DNA of 63,588 nt, filler included, from Hyphochytrium catenoides (Eukaryota > Protista > Hyphochytriomycota): assembly GCA_900088475.1 (NCBI GenBank). It is 5 parts of 5 records of this genome, joined end to end, with 100 filler letters (N's around TTAATTAATTAA, not from the genome) between each part and the next. Parts side by side here need not be neighbours in the genome. Positions count along the whole stretch, not along the records: positions 37,452 to 52,925 come from FLMG01004157.1; positions 53,026 to 61,885 come from FLMG01000408.1; positions 61,986 to 63,588 come from FLMG01004336.1; 2 more parts are not named here. One strand, written 5' to 3'. Shown piece by piece: positions 50,138-63,588 of this stretch. The position numbers were made by a program, and so were the translations under genes. Within the stretch, counting starts at the first letter, position 1. Every line of letters starts with the position of its first letter. The notes below the pieces were generated by a model. The model was not told the DNA's origin. It saw nothing but the letters and a program-made list of their open reading frames with translations, and did no database searches.

Positions 50138-51971
50138 CTAGGCCGCGTCAGCTTTGGTTTCAGTCACTTGCTCTTCTGGCTCTGGAACACTGCTGCTATC
50201 TTCGTGAGATGATGGCTTATTAGGAGGCTTTTCCACAGGATTTTCTAAGTTTCTATTGCACATGGGGCAGCGGACGCTCATCTCTAGCCAGGGTTTTAGG
50301 CAGTCGGTATGGAAAGAGTGTCTATATAAAGCAACAAAATGCAAGCGCAACAAGGACTGTCAAAAAAATGACGGGGGCCACAAGGTCACGATAACAGGAG
50401 GACCGAGGCAAAGAGGCACATAAAAGCCATCGCAAACCAGATCGTGAAGGAATGCACGTATAAGCCGCGACAGGACTTCTCGGCGGAAGACAGGAAAAAT
50501 AACAGGAACCCTAAACCGAAGACAGAGCAGACCATTGGTACTGCTGGATAAGCTTCCAGCGGGAAGGAAAGGACCAAGTGAAGGTAGTCATGAGTGGAAA
50601 GCTATAGTTTCGGCTTCACCCACCCGCAAGATGTCTCGCATAGTTCCTCTTCTGGCTCATACTGGCATGTACAGATAGGACATCTGAAAGCCAAGACAAA
50701 TCAGTTACGTCACTGGTAAGAAGGGCAAAAGGACATAATAGAGATCGCTGTCTGCCGAGACTTTCTAGCGATGTATTAGAAGCAAGGGGACAAAGAGAAA
50801 CCCTTCAGCAATATAGAGTTTGGCAAAGAGCACTGCATTCAACATAGGAGGTCGGCGATGTGGCTGAAGCTGGCCTCTCTTACGTGTTGTCCTCCCCACA
50901 TCCTGCCTCTAGTCGTTCGCTCTCGGTCTTTAGCTTCTCGTCTTCGCCATTGAGAGTAGGGTATTTTTTCTTCTTGATATAGCCCCAGCCTCTCTCCGAC
51001 AGGGCACGGTTAAGCGTTTCGGGATCTCCACCATAGCGCATGCGATATTGACGCTATGGTCAGGGATAGGAAGTACAGGGTGGCGTTATTAGACAAAGCA
51101 AGGAAAGAGTAAGGCCGACAAAATGGAAAAGACTAAGGTGGACAGAATAACAGCAAAAGCACAAGACAAAATACCAAAGGAAGGCGGAGACAGATGCGGG
51201 TAGAGTCAATAAGAGGGAAGTCAGAGCTATGGGCGTGGGGTGGTACCTGATATATCCGATATTCTCTGTCCGCTCTGTCTACCAGGACCATTGAGACAAC
51301 CCATAGTAGCTGCAGGGAATTGAGAACAAAAGTGAGTAAGAGAACTATCATGGAACCACCTGATGGGGTCGAGCGACCAGAATCATGGTCAGATTAGCAG
51401 CAGAGACCCACGGGCAGCGGACGGAGGGGCTGTGAACGTGAGTTGTAGCGAAAACAGATCTATCACCAGCTTAGCGAGATATAGCTACTCAACGTTAAGA
51501 AACAGAAGCCAAAGGGTGAGAGGTGCTGTCACGTAAAAATAGAACTACATAAAAAAGCCGCTGCGTAAGGCCTTTGGCCTCTGCAACTTACCACTCCGAA
51601 CGCAGCCAGTGCAAGATCAACCCATCCAGGAGCGTCAGGAGGGAGGAGAGTAATGAAGAATACCACTATGAGGGACACTCGAAGAAAATTGACTACCCCG
51701 CCTGCCGTAAGGTTTATTCGGCGCTGTATAAGCAAAGAAGCCGCCAGGGGTGAGCATCGCCGCTACTGACAAACGACGTCATCAAAGAAATAGTGCCTAC
51801 CTCAATGCGCTCTCTTTCTGTAAGCGGTGCATCCAAAGGGACGACCTCATGGGCTGGCAACCCTGGAGGGGACGGTGGAGGTCGAGGTGGAGGCGCAAGC
51901 CTATCGCTCTCTTCATTTCGTGCTCGTTCTCTGTCCGCAAAGACGACTTCGTAGGGTGGGTAGTTCATCAT
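50138..51971 (-). CDS. Transmembrane RING-H2 E3 ubiquitin ligase, multi-exon
   Basis: Several TM segments, then CPICTCQYEPEEELCETSCG|HSFHTDCLKPWLEMSVRCPMC (C3H2C3). Confidence 0.9.
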
Positions 51972-52925
51972 GTATCCGCACCAGATGCGGGTTATTCGTT
52001 TTGTCCACCAGGTCAAAGAGCTGTCGCTATGGGAAACAGAAATGGCTCCCACAGATAGGGCTCTTCTGTTATAGTGAACCACCAAAAAGCTATCCGGCTG
52101 GTTCTTTTTCCTCCTCGTCGTCCCACGCGCCTACCAACCCTAGTAAAGAGGCTGGCGTCCAAATGGGAAGAGGATAGAGAGAGGATGGCTCCAGATAAGT
52201 ATAATTCCTAGCTCCTACCGAGAGATGTATGTGCTTGATGATCACGGCCTCAATTGAGGATGCCAGCAGCAGCTTCAATCTTCAGAAGACGGAGATCAAT
52301 GAAGCACAAGAGCAGAAAGAAGCCTATGAAAAAGCTTCAGAAATCACTGTCATCGCCTTTTCTGACAGAGACTTTTCTTTTCTTCTTGTTTCTCGGTCAA
52401 CTGCGTCAGTCATGTCTTGTGTCTCACCTTTTCGCTTGATTCTGATTCTGATTCCGTTTTAGATTCGATTCTCGTCTGTAAGCCAATTCCATTTCCGCTA
52501 ACGGTAATATAGTTCCCATGATAGAGACAGACACAGACATTTTTTACAGTAGCTTCTTGATGATGTAGTTCCGTCATTTGTTACTTCTTCCCGAGCAATC
52601 TTCTTATAATGCTAGCGTGACCAATTGTAACCGTGCAACAATGGTAGAAAATAGCAGGGTAATGCTTCAACTATACTTCTGGTAATGCAAGTGGGATGAT
52701 TAGCTTGAAAGACAGAGTCGAACGAAGGGACTATCAAATATTATCCTGCCGTCTACTTCCTTTTCTTTATTGCCTCCAGTAGTACCAACCATTGCAGGTT
52801 GTTATGGTCTCTTGTCAATGTAAGGTTAGTTGGATGTGGGTCAGACTGGAGGAAAATCCTCATTTTGGCTTGATGTGGAGGAAGCGTATTAAACGGCGGA
52901 TCCTAGCGCAAAAGCCGCTTTCGCG

Positions 52926-53025
52926 NNNNNNNNNNNNNNNNNNNNNNNNNNNNNNNNNNNNNNNNNNNNTTAATTAATTAANNNNNNNNNNNNNNNNNNN
53001 NNNNNNNNNNNNNNNNNNNNNNNNN
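52926..53025. other. Artificial contig linker (TTAATTAATTAA within Ns)
   Basis: Linker at 52970-52981. Confidence 0.97.
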
Positions 53026-53187
53026 GCAGAGAGAGACAAAGCGATAGAGAAAGAGAGAGAGAAAGTAAGAAAAAGAGACGGAGAGATACATCTCCACAAA
53101 GAGACGCTGAGCCGAAAGGACTAAACTTGAGAGAGAAGGAGCGAAGGAAGAGAGAAGGACAGCGTGAAACTCGTTTCTCCTCCTCAC

Positions 53188-53399
53188 CGCTGGTCCTCCT
53201 TCCATGCGCCGTTGTACTTGCTGGTGACGAGATACTGCTGCGCCGTCGTCTCCAGGCCCCACTGCTTGTCTTTCTTATATCTCTCGTTGTGAGAAACCCA
53301 GTAAATAGTATGGCGATCTCCACTCTTCTTCGATAGCTTTTCTAACTTCCTTGACGCTCTGAGAGGCAAGGCTCGGGATGCACTGGGTCTGGACGTCAT
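53188..53399 (-). CDS. MORN-repeat protein (MORN3-like), first exon, cut off by contig end
   Basis: KLEKLSKKSGDRHTIY resembles the MORN3 N-terminus (K.G.RH.VY); KYNGAWKEDQR begins a MORN repeat; followed by a GTGAG donor. Confidence 0.55.
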
Positions 53400-54955
53400 G
53401 GCTCTTTGCTAGCCAGAAAGAAAGACTCTCTCTCTCCCCCTCTTTGTCTCTCCCCTCTTCTCTCTTTCTCCTCTGTCTCTGAGTTCTCTGTCTCTCTGTT
53501 TCTCTTCTCTTGCTACTCTCCGCTGCTTTATCTTTTGTTTGTTCCCTCTTTCTCTCTTTCACGCTGTCCAAAAAAACATATCACCTTGTCTCTTCTGACG
53601 GGGCAGAGAGGAGAAAAGCCGCAGCGTGCCACGAAGAGTGAGGCAGAGAGAAAGGGAGAGAGAAAAAAATGCCAATGGGAAGGCCTGACAGAGGCGCAAG
53701 AGAGAGTGGAGATAGCTGTGGAAAAAGAAAAGGGGGCGAAAGGCGAGGTGAAGAAGATTTAGAAGGAGGCAAGAAAGACATCAACCAAGAACGACTGGGC
53801 GGTAGGAGTTAGCGCGATGGGAAAGAGAGAGAGAGAGAGATGTTGAGAGAGATAAAATATGGTACTTTAGGAGGGTGATTGTCTGTGAGAGAGAGCATAA
53901 GGATGAGTGTGAAAGCGAGAGAACGAGAGAGAGAGAGGGGAGACGGGAGAGGGAGCACTAGAGCGACGTCATAGGGAAAGAGAGAGAGAGCGACTGAGAG
54001 AGAGAGAGAGTGAGAGACAGAGAGAGAGAGAGAAAGGAGGGGAGAGTGAGAGAGACAGAGATAGAGAGAAAGGAGGGGAGAGAGCGGCTGAGAGAGAGAG
54101 AGAGAGAGAGACAGAGAGAGAAAGCGAGAGAGGATGTACTCAACAAGTGATGGGGCAAACTTGACCCTCTAAACCGATGCTAACAGCATTACTAAGCCGC
54201 CGTTTCCCAACATTTTACCCTTCGTGCCAGGTATTATTGTTTCCAATCGAAAAGCCACTGAGCATTGAGGGTTACACAGATCAACAGGAAGATCTCTACA
54301 AAAACTAGCTTTAGATCCTCCCCGGCTGATCTGATTTTCCCGCCCAATTCAAAAATATATAGAAAGAAGTGCATTCGGCGTTCTCCTCGGAGCCCGCAAG
54401 TTGGCGCATCAGCTCTGCTGGCACCCTTCTTGCCTGGTCTTCTGCTTGGTCATCAGTGCCGTGTAGAGTGTACGCGCACCTGATCCCTTTCCTTCCATGA
54501 TATGGCCATCAGTCACCAGTCAGGGTCCTCACTTTCTCACCCTTCAGTGAGTTCCCCATTACGAAGTCGATGGCTGGGAATGTCAAGATGTGTTAAGCGT
54601 AACAGTATACACCCCCTGACAAGGATCTCCTCTTCCTGCCTTGCCACTCGTTGGCATTAGGCAGAAAGTAGCAGTGGCTCGTGTAGACGATTGTCCCTTG
54701 TAGGCCATTCCCTTCTAGCGAAAGGCAGGGCGGACCTCCTTCTTGGCAGGGAGGCACAGGGAAGCTATTTGAAAGAAACGGAAGTGGTGACCACGCGTAT
54801 AGACGAAAAGTGGACTGTACACTTGATATAACCCGCTGTTTGAGGCTCTGAAGCTCCAAAATAAACGATAGGAAACCAGAACCTGCAACGAGCACTGGAC
54901 CGCTGCCTCCTCTCTTCTTTAATATTTATTCTAAATTAGTGCTATCGTAAACGCT

Positions 54956-56163
54956 TCAGCCGACCATAGACCGCTTTCTTCCTCTCGCTCTGACCTTTTC
55001 TAACCTGGTCATCGTCTCCTTAGAGCTCTTTGAAGTCTTTCTATAAGCTTTTAGCACAGCGTCAATCTGTAGCGAATGTGTGACCGCGAAAGACAGAGGG
55101 ACGTTAGAGTATGTGAAGAGCACATGCCGTTTGGATTGCTTCTTTCCCCCGTGAAAGTAAGGTCTAGGAGCCGTCAGCCACATGTAGAAGAGAACGAATA
55201 ACACCTTGGGAGGAGAGTAGCGGTACCGGGAGAGATATACGCGCTACCTTCCGTTCTCGGTGTGACCTGATAGCTCGCACCACCCTCTTATTGTACTTAC
55301 CAAGGGCTGGGAAGAGGCATGCGTACTAAGAAACGCCTTCTCCATCACGTAAAGATCCACAGCCTTGTCCTCTACAAGCACTTGTGAGGAGGCAAGTCCA
55401 AAGTCAATGATCACAATAGACTGGCTGTCTTCTCGGATCATCATGTTGGATGTTGTCAGGTCGCCGTGACAGACATCGGCATCATGCATCTTCCCTAGCG
55501 CTTCGCCTATCTTTGCTGCAGCATCGTAGGCCTCCTGAGGATAGGTGGACCGATCTGTTCGGTGCGTGAGATTCTGCATCCTTGTCTGCTGCCCTCTCTA
55601 ACTTCCTCTTCTGCCCTCTCACGGTCCCTCTCTTGCGGTTGCTCCCTCTCGGCTTTCTTTTTCCTCCCCTTGTTCTCCCTACTCGCTTTCTTGAGTCTCT
55701 CGCTTATTTCTTTCCTATCTCTCTGTGCTCTTTTACCTAGTCACGGCTATCACCTTCATGAGCTCTCCACTTCTCTCTCTTAATTCGCACAGCTGGTGCC
55801 TCTTAGCCGTACCTGAAATGACTGTGCGGAGAAAGTGCTTGACGCTGTGGCCCTGGATCTGCTCCATGAAGATTCTGCACTTTACTTCGTCCACGAAGAA
55901 CAAGCAAGGCGTATTCACTCCAGCCTTACGACATTTTAGCATGCAGCGCACTTCCTAAGACAGAAAGAGGAAATTGAACATTAGGGAGAGAGCGAAGCAG
56001 AGCTTAAGACAGAGAGAGAGATGGGGGAAAGGAGGGAGGAAAGGAGGGGGCCAGTGAAAGAGAAAATGAAGAGCAAAGACAAGATAGCACTTCTCCCGTA
56101 ATGAGAGAGCAAAGAATAGGAAGAAGGTTGACGCAGTTGATAGAGTTCTAGGACAAAGAAAGA

Positions 56164-56207
<44 letters not shown>

Positions 56208-56984
56208 GGGAGAGGAAAGAGAACCAAAACAGGGAGAGAGGACAACAAGGGTAGACTGAACCGGCTAGGTTTAGGGTTACAGGTTCACAATTGATGATAG
56301 GCTGGTTAAGCGAGAATAAGACAACAGGGAGATTCCAAAGAAGGAGAGGAAGAACGAGAGAACTCGCGCGAACAGAAAGGGAGAGATGCCAATGGGAGAG
56401 AAAGAAATGGAACAGGAGAAAGCAGACGCGAAAGAGAGAAAAGGGCGAGAGCTCGTGATGGTAGACAAGGAATGTTAGGAGAGCTCGCCCAAAAGAAACA
56501 CAAGAAGAAGAAGGTGGACGAAGGCTTGCCTGGACGAGCCTTTTCTTCCTCAGTTGCGTGTCAAGCTCCGCCAGGCGATAAGTCTTCGGTACTCGTTCTT
56601 TAGCGATGGCCGAGCGCTCATAGAGCGTGCCAGAGTAAACTTTCTAGGGCAACAGAGCGATTGAAAGGAAGCAGAGGTACAAGAGAACGAAACGCACGGA
56701 GGGAGACAGAGCAAGAGAGAGAGAGAGAGTGGAGAGAGAATAAGGGTGAGAGGAGAAACTAAGATGAAGGCCGTATATAACAAGGATTAGAACGAAGGGA
56801 GAGGGACAGATGAGAGAAAAAGAGAGATGGAGAGAGATGCAGATCGAAGACTACACATAGCGAGGAAAATTGGTGAAGAGGTGTAAAGGCCTGGGGCAAA
56901 GAAACCTGGCTGCTACAACGTAAACCTTACCCCTTCGGCACCTTGCTGGATAAGGGCCCAGCCACTCAGTCCATCGGCCTCCAT
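54956..56984 (-). CDS. TP53RK: KEOPS kinase TP53RK/Bud32, multi-exon
   Basis: QQGAEG, KERVPKTYR..LD, HGDLTTSNM, IDFGL, EDKAVDLYV, C-terminal VRARGRKRSMVG. Confidence 0.96.
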
Positions 56985-58352
56985 TTCTTTAGTCAGAAGA
57001 AGAAAGTCCAAGGCTGACGCCGTTCTTTCCAACCACACCTCCACTCGAGAAAGAGTAACACAGCTGAAGCACCCAAGGGCTCTGGATAAAGACCAAGGTG
57101 ATCACAGAGGACTTCCTTCAGAGGCGCGGAGAGAAGTTACCCAGGAGCACAAAGCTTATATCGAGGCTCGAGGGAGGCGAGAACAGCAAGCAAGAGACTG
57201 AAAGCTTCAGATCGTCTGAAGGCTCAAGAATGGAATCTGCAAAATGATCCGCGCGGCGCTTGTCCAGGGTGTGTTTCTGGTCGTGTAGTTGTAATACACT
57301 CGTTTGTGCGTTAAAGACATCCCTAGGTCTTTGGCTTAGATACACGCACTCACATGAACATGTGTTGCTGTTATGCAGAGTATGTTCGTTCGTTGTGGGC
57401 CGATAAAGCTTCAGAATTCAGGAAGCGCCATCGGTCAGAAGCGCCCAAGCAATCTTCAGAATGTCTCTTTGTATGGTGGACGGCTTGGGTTGAGTGAGGA
57501 AGAGAATGAGACTATTAGAGTTAGAAGAGTCTCTGCTCCTTACTACCTTACTGAGCATTATAAGCACGTGAGAAGTTTAGACCGGTTGTAGAGCTTGGTC
57601 AAGGCATAGCACGACGACGACATAGTAGACGGTTTAATGAGAATGGCAGAGCTGGAGGAGTCATTTAAGGCCGCAACCCGTCTGAGGCGCATGCACACGC
57701 TGATAAGGACAGTAGCTCTTGAGACCTACTTTGCTCCTTATCTTTGAGGGAAGCCGGAAGGAAGGGATTTGAGGGAGCAAGAGAGCGACATGGCGGGGAG
57801 AAAGAAGCCCAAAAATGCCTTGATCGGCTAGGTCTAAGCTCAGACACAGAGACTCAGCAATCTGCCTCCATATAGTTCTCGTGCTCGATTTACTTCCTAT
57901 CCCTAGCGTCTTGATAATGGAATTATGGTAGAGACGATCCCTTCTGCTACCACGAGGACCCGTGCTTCCCTCTCATCTATAATGATCCACCTGACCTAGT
58001 CTATCGTACATTCCTCCTTCTTGCCTCTCTGTTTGGTGCATCCCTGCCTCGCTCCGTCTCTGTCTTCTCTACTTAAAACGGTTTCTCGGATGTAGCGGCT
58101 CTTCCTGATACCTTCGGATCGTGTCATCACTAGTTATTAATTGACTGAGATTAGACGACGGAGCTATGACTCTTACCTCTAACATCTACTTCCTAGAATC
58201 TCCACATCTCGCCCCTGCTTCCTTTCATCTCTCTCTCGTTTTTTCTCTCTCTCTCTCTGCTTTCTCCATCCCTCTTCCGTATCCTCATTCGCTTGCCATG
58301 GTCCATCTCTTCTTGTCTCTCCTTTCTTCTGCATCTCCATCTCTTGCAGTCC

Positions 58353-59369
58353 TTAAGTATTGACAACAAAGCCACCGTTGGGATGCAGCACCTGGCCCGT
58401 GTACTGAGAGGCCCAGTAGGACGCCAAGAAGACGTAAGAAGGCGCAATCTCGCCGGGCTCTGCAATCTGACCCAGCGGTGTCTTCCCTTGTACGAACTCT
58501 TGAAGATTCTCTTTCCCTCTTGAGATCGGCTGCAGAGGCGTATTCACAGGACCAGGCGCCACAGCGTTGACTCTGATGCCCTTCGGCGCCAGCTGTTTGG
58601 CAAGAGAGCGCGTGAAAGAGACAATGGCGCCCTTCGTGGCAGAGTAATCGATCAGGTCGTCAATGCCCATGTAGGCAGCCAGAGATGTCGAGTTGATAAT
58701 GGTCGAGCCGTCGCAGCAGACCTTCCTCTCTGCGCCAGGGCCTCTCTCTTCGATCGCAGGCTGGTCTGCAGGCCTCTCATGCGTGTGCATATGAGGAAGA
58801 GCAGCTTTGACGAGGTGGAACATAGAAAAAACGTTAGTCCTGAAGGTACTTTCCAGCTGCTCAGCGCTGATGTCCATGATATTCTTCTTCACGTGCTGCT
58901 CGGCCGCGTTGTTCACCAAGATATCGATCTTCCCATACTTCTCCACGGTCTTTTGCACCACAGACTGGCACTGCCGCTCATCCGTTACGTCTGCAGGGCA
59001 GAGGAGGACAGAAGGCGTGCACTTGCAGTCTTCACACTGGCAGTCAGAGCCACAACTGCATTTCTCTTTGTCGTGGAATGTCTCTTTGATCTGCTGCTTC
59101 GCCTCTCTCGCGTCTTTCTCCTCTGAAGGATGGAAGCAGATGGCGACCTTCGCACCTTCTGCGGCATAAAGACACGCCACCGCTCTTCCGATGCCCGAGT
59201 CTCCTCCAGTGATCAGCGCTACTCTGTCTTGAAGAAGGCCTCGCGCTTGGTAGGTCTTTCCAGGAGGTAGGCAGATGGGCTGGTTGCGCATCTCATGTTG
59301 GAAGCCTGGGCGCTGGCCCTCGGCGCCCTTCTGAGAGACTTCTTGGGTCAATCCGCCTTGCTGTGCCAT
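58353..59369 (-). CDS. Classical SDR (YdaD/YhdF, glucose-ribitol dehydrogenase-like), intronless, with Cys-rich insertion
   Basis: TGGDSGIG, NNAAEQH, FRTNVFS, YSATKGAI, RVNAVAPGP, TGQVLHPNGG. Confidence 0.96.
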   Translation of the reverse strand: MAQQGGLTQEVSQKGAEGQRPGFQHEMRNQPICLPPGKTYQARGLLQDRVALITGGDSGIGRAVACLYAAEGAKVAICFHPSEEKDAREAKQQIKETFHDKEKCSCGSDCQCEDCKCTPSVLLCPADVTDERQCQSVVQKTVEKYGKIDILVNNAAEQHVKKNIMDISAEQLESTFRTNVFSMFHLVKAALPHMHTHERPADQPAIEERGPGAERKVCCDGSTIINSTSLAAYMGIDDLIDYSATKGAIVSFTRSLAKQLAPKGIRVNAVAPGPVNTPLQPISRGKENLQEFVQGKTPLGQIAEPGEIAPSYVFLASYWASQYTGQVLHPNGGFVVNT

Positions 59370-59418
59370 TGTCCTCTCTCTTTCTCTCTCTCTCTCTCTG
59401 TCTTATGTCTCGTTCCTT

Positions 59419-59458
<40 letters not shown>

Positions 59459-59635
59459 TCAATTTGGGTCTCGTTTTGGCTCGCTGTTGGGCTGATGCTC
59501 TCGAGACAGAAAGTTGCTGAATGATGAGACTTGGCACCAGGGAACGGAAGGACGAGGTTAAGAGAAGGGAAGAAAGACGATGGTACGGGAGACATGTTCT
59601 TTGAGATTTAGGTGTTTAAATTGAAAGTGGGCGTT

Positions 59636-59688
<53 letters not shown>

Positions 59689-59842
59689 AGAGAGTGAGAG
59701 AGAGGAGGAAGGGAAGAAATGGGAAGATGTCAACATCCCCGTATCCCACATCTTCTTTCTTGGGTCCCCGCCATCTGCGATCAGAATAAATGGCAGCTGT
59801 TGACGCTGCGCGGCTGTGAATAGGACGAGCAGAACAGGACTC

Positions 59843-59882
<40 letters not shown>

Positions 59883-60509
59883 CCGCCTCTCTGCCTCGAC
59901 CATCCTCCACACTCCAGTGGCACTGATTCTTGGCGATCTCCTTTAGAAGAGAAGAAGAGATTCTGAGAATAGGAGAAGAAGAGACTCAGTCGCATTGCAG
60001 GTGAGAAAGGGTTCCAGACGGATGGTCAAACAAGAAAGAGCAACAGAAGACAACGAGAGCAAGATCAAGAGAAGGGAGAGAGAGAGAGAGAGAGAGAGAG
60101 ACATGAAAATAGTGATTTTGCTGGCACTGAGAGCGGAAGAGAGAAGAGGTCAGAAGAGATGGAGGAGACAGAACAGGGATGGAGGAGGGACAGGTGTAGA
60201 AGTGAGAGAAGAAAAGAGGGAAGAAAAGAATGCGAGGGTTGGCTTGCTAGGCGTTCGCGGGCTGTTGGAAGCAGAACTTTCCTTCTCCCACAATCATCAG
60301 AGGGACGTGTTGGCAGAGAAGCGGAAGACAAAGAAAAGAAGAGCGAGAGGAGGAACAAGGGTAAGGAAGCAGTACAAGAAAGCCACACACGGGAAGAGAG
60401 AGAGAGAAGAGGGAGAAGAGAGAGAGTCAGAGATAAAGAGAGAGAGAGAGAGAGAGAAGAGAGAGAAGAGAGAGAGAAAGAGATAAAGAGAGAGAGAGAG
60501 AGAGAGAGA

Positions 60510-60545
<36 letters not shown>
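59370..60545. repeat. (GA)n/(TC)n microsatellite-dense region
   Basis: Multiple perfect GA/TC runs, some >40 nt (e.g. 59641-59683, 60394-60545). Confidence 0.9.
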
Positions 60546-60548
<3 letters not shown>

Positions 60549-60619
60549 CCCTTTTGACAGCGGTTCGTAGGCCGCCGCATAGTATTACAGCTCCACCCCG
60601 CCCTAACCCTACAGACCTG

Positions 60620-61588
60620 CAATATTACTACTTCCTTCAGGATCGAACATCAGAACAGTAAGAATCCGGATAGAGCCGCTAACGCTACTAATGTTGCTCG
60701 TCCGGTACTCAAACAAGAGGGAACGAGGTGGGAGAGTGAGAGAGAGAGAGAGAGAGNNNNNNNNNNNNNNNNNNNNNNNNNNNNNNNNNNNNNNNNNNNN
60801 NNNNNNNNNNNNNNNNNNNGAGAGAAGATGAGAAAGGAATAGAAGGGAATCCCCGTTGGAACGTGCGGGAGATGCTGCAGCAAGAAGAAAGAGTCAAGCG
60901 TGTTGGTGATGGGCCAACTTGAGTCGGCAAGCCTGCTGAATGGGAGAAATGAGAACAGAAGCACTTGCCATGGGATGTGTCAGACAGAGAGAGAGAGAGA
61001 AAGAGACAGAGACAGCGTACGAGACAGGAAGTAGACGCAAAAGTGTGCTCGGGAAGCAAGTGGGAAGAAGCTGAGCAAGAGCTCTAGAATGCCTGCAGAG
61101 AGCTGAGACCGCCAATAATGACCAGGGAAGGAGCAGCTGAGGACCAAGAAGAGCGGACAAACAAACCTTCGCCCTCGTGCTCCACAGCGTCTGACGCCCC
61201 TACATTTCCCTATAACCGGCCTCGGACGAGACAGATTAGCTAGAGAGAAAGGAAAGAAGAGCGACACCCTGGGGAAAAGAAAGACAGAGCAGGAGAAAGC
61301 GGCGGGAGAAGAGGGGAATGAGAGAGCGACCAGAGAGAGAAAGAAGAGCAAACCTGTTCTGCACGTAGAGGGCACCTCGTTCTTTCTTTCTCTCCTTCCG
61401 TGGGTCCTCCCATGCTGCTGGGCTTGGAAGAGCCTTAGGCAACATAGAAAGAGAAAAAGTCTCCTTCCCGTTATGCGGACAGACGGTGCCACGAAAGATC
61501 ATTCCCTTCCCTGACGATAGTGTAACAGTGGCAGACCGATAGAGGCAGAGCGGCGCAAGAAAGGCTAACAAGCGCAAGAGCAACAAGC

Positions 61589-61623
<35 letters not shown>

Positions 61624-61710
61624 GTAGACTAATAGGATAAATATAGCTCACTGGCAGATAGGAAGATGAAAGAAAGAGCTCGTCGTCTCTGTTCTCAAAA
61701 TGCGCTCCAT
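60620..61710 (-). CDS. Hypothetical multi-exon protein with hydrophobic N-terminus (3' extent uncertain, N gap inside)
   Basis: In-phase splice gives MERILRTETTSSFFHLPICH|LLLLRLLAFLAPLCLYRSATVTLSSGKGMIFRGTVCP...; further exon-like blocks between TC-rich introns (e.g. LFEYRTSNISSVSGSIRILTVLMFDPEG). Confidence 0.4.
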
Positions 61711-61885
61711 TTTCATTCACAATTGTTGGCTTTTTGGCTATCTTCGTCTCTGTGTTGGCTCTCAACGTTTTCTCTCCTACTCTCCGAGTTCATTCTCTTC
61801 AAGAGAGAGGAAGACTAGCACATGTCTCTCTCTCTCTCTGATCGTTTGATTCTCTTCTTCTTCCCAAACTTTTCTCTCGTGTCTC

Positions 61886-61985
61886 NNNNNNNNNNNNNNN
61901 NNNNNNNNNNNNNNNNNNNNNNNNNNNNNTTAATTAATTAANNNNNNNNNNNNNNNNNNNNNNNNNNNNNNNNNNNNNNNNNNNN
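61886..61985. other. Artificial contig linker (TTAATTAATTAA within Ns)
   Basis: Linker at 61930-61941. Confidence 0.97.
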
Positions 61986-62012
61986 CCAGAAATGAGGATG
62001 AGAGAGAGTCTA

Positions 62013-63398
<1,386 letters not shown>

Positions 63399-63588
63399 TG
63401 CAGGAGGAGAAAGAGAAGAAAAATCAGATGTGTTTGCCCCCCGTTAATGGACTATGAAAGGACAAAGAAGAGAGATTCACAGTGATGGAAGAGAAAGAAA
63501 AGAGAGAGACAGAGCGGGAGAGACACCAAGAGAGGCAGGAGAGGGAGGGACTAAAAAGAAATGAAAGAGAGAGGGAGAGAGAAGAGAG

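Noticed and set aside
11389-56984. tRNA-processing cluster (archease plus TP53RK)
   Set aside because: Different contigs joined artificially.

Overview
Gene-dense, intron-rich eukaryotic nuclear DNA (standard code, GT-AG introns), most likely from a flagellated protist. A stramenopile is my inference from the WRKY19-like zinc-finger array and the gene content. The window is not continuous: four N-padded TTAATTAATTAA linkers (~11.3, 37.4, 53.0, 61.9 kb) join five separate contigs. Recognisable genes: BAR-domain protein (partial), DUF1295 membrane protein, membrane-anchored alpha/beta-hydrolase-like protein, RBM5/10-like RRM protein (partial), archease (partial), SLC25 mitochondrial carrier, kinesin-14, CCDC153/DRC12, WRKY19-like ZnF protein with a Cys-rich tail, LxCxE (D-type) cyclin, intronless DUF72 protein, TMX-like thioredoxin, nodulin-like MFS transporter, NuSAP-like protein, TM RING-H2 ligase, MORN3-like (partial), TP53RK/Bud32, intronless SDR, and RUVBL2 (partial). 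Most notable observations: a ~420-nt intergenic foldback whose mismatches are mostly G-U compatible on the + strand (miRNA/hp-siRNA-like precursor); metallothionein-like Cys modules on an SDR enzyme and on a ZnF protein; a DUF72 protein with a basic, NLS-like extension; and introns bracketed by complementary (GA)n/(TC)n tracts. Exon boundaries were read by eye and are approximate.
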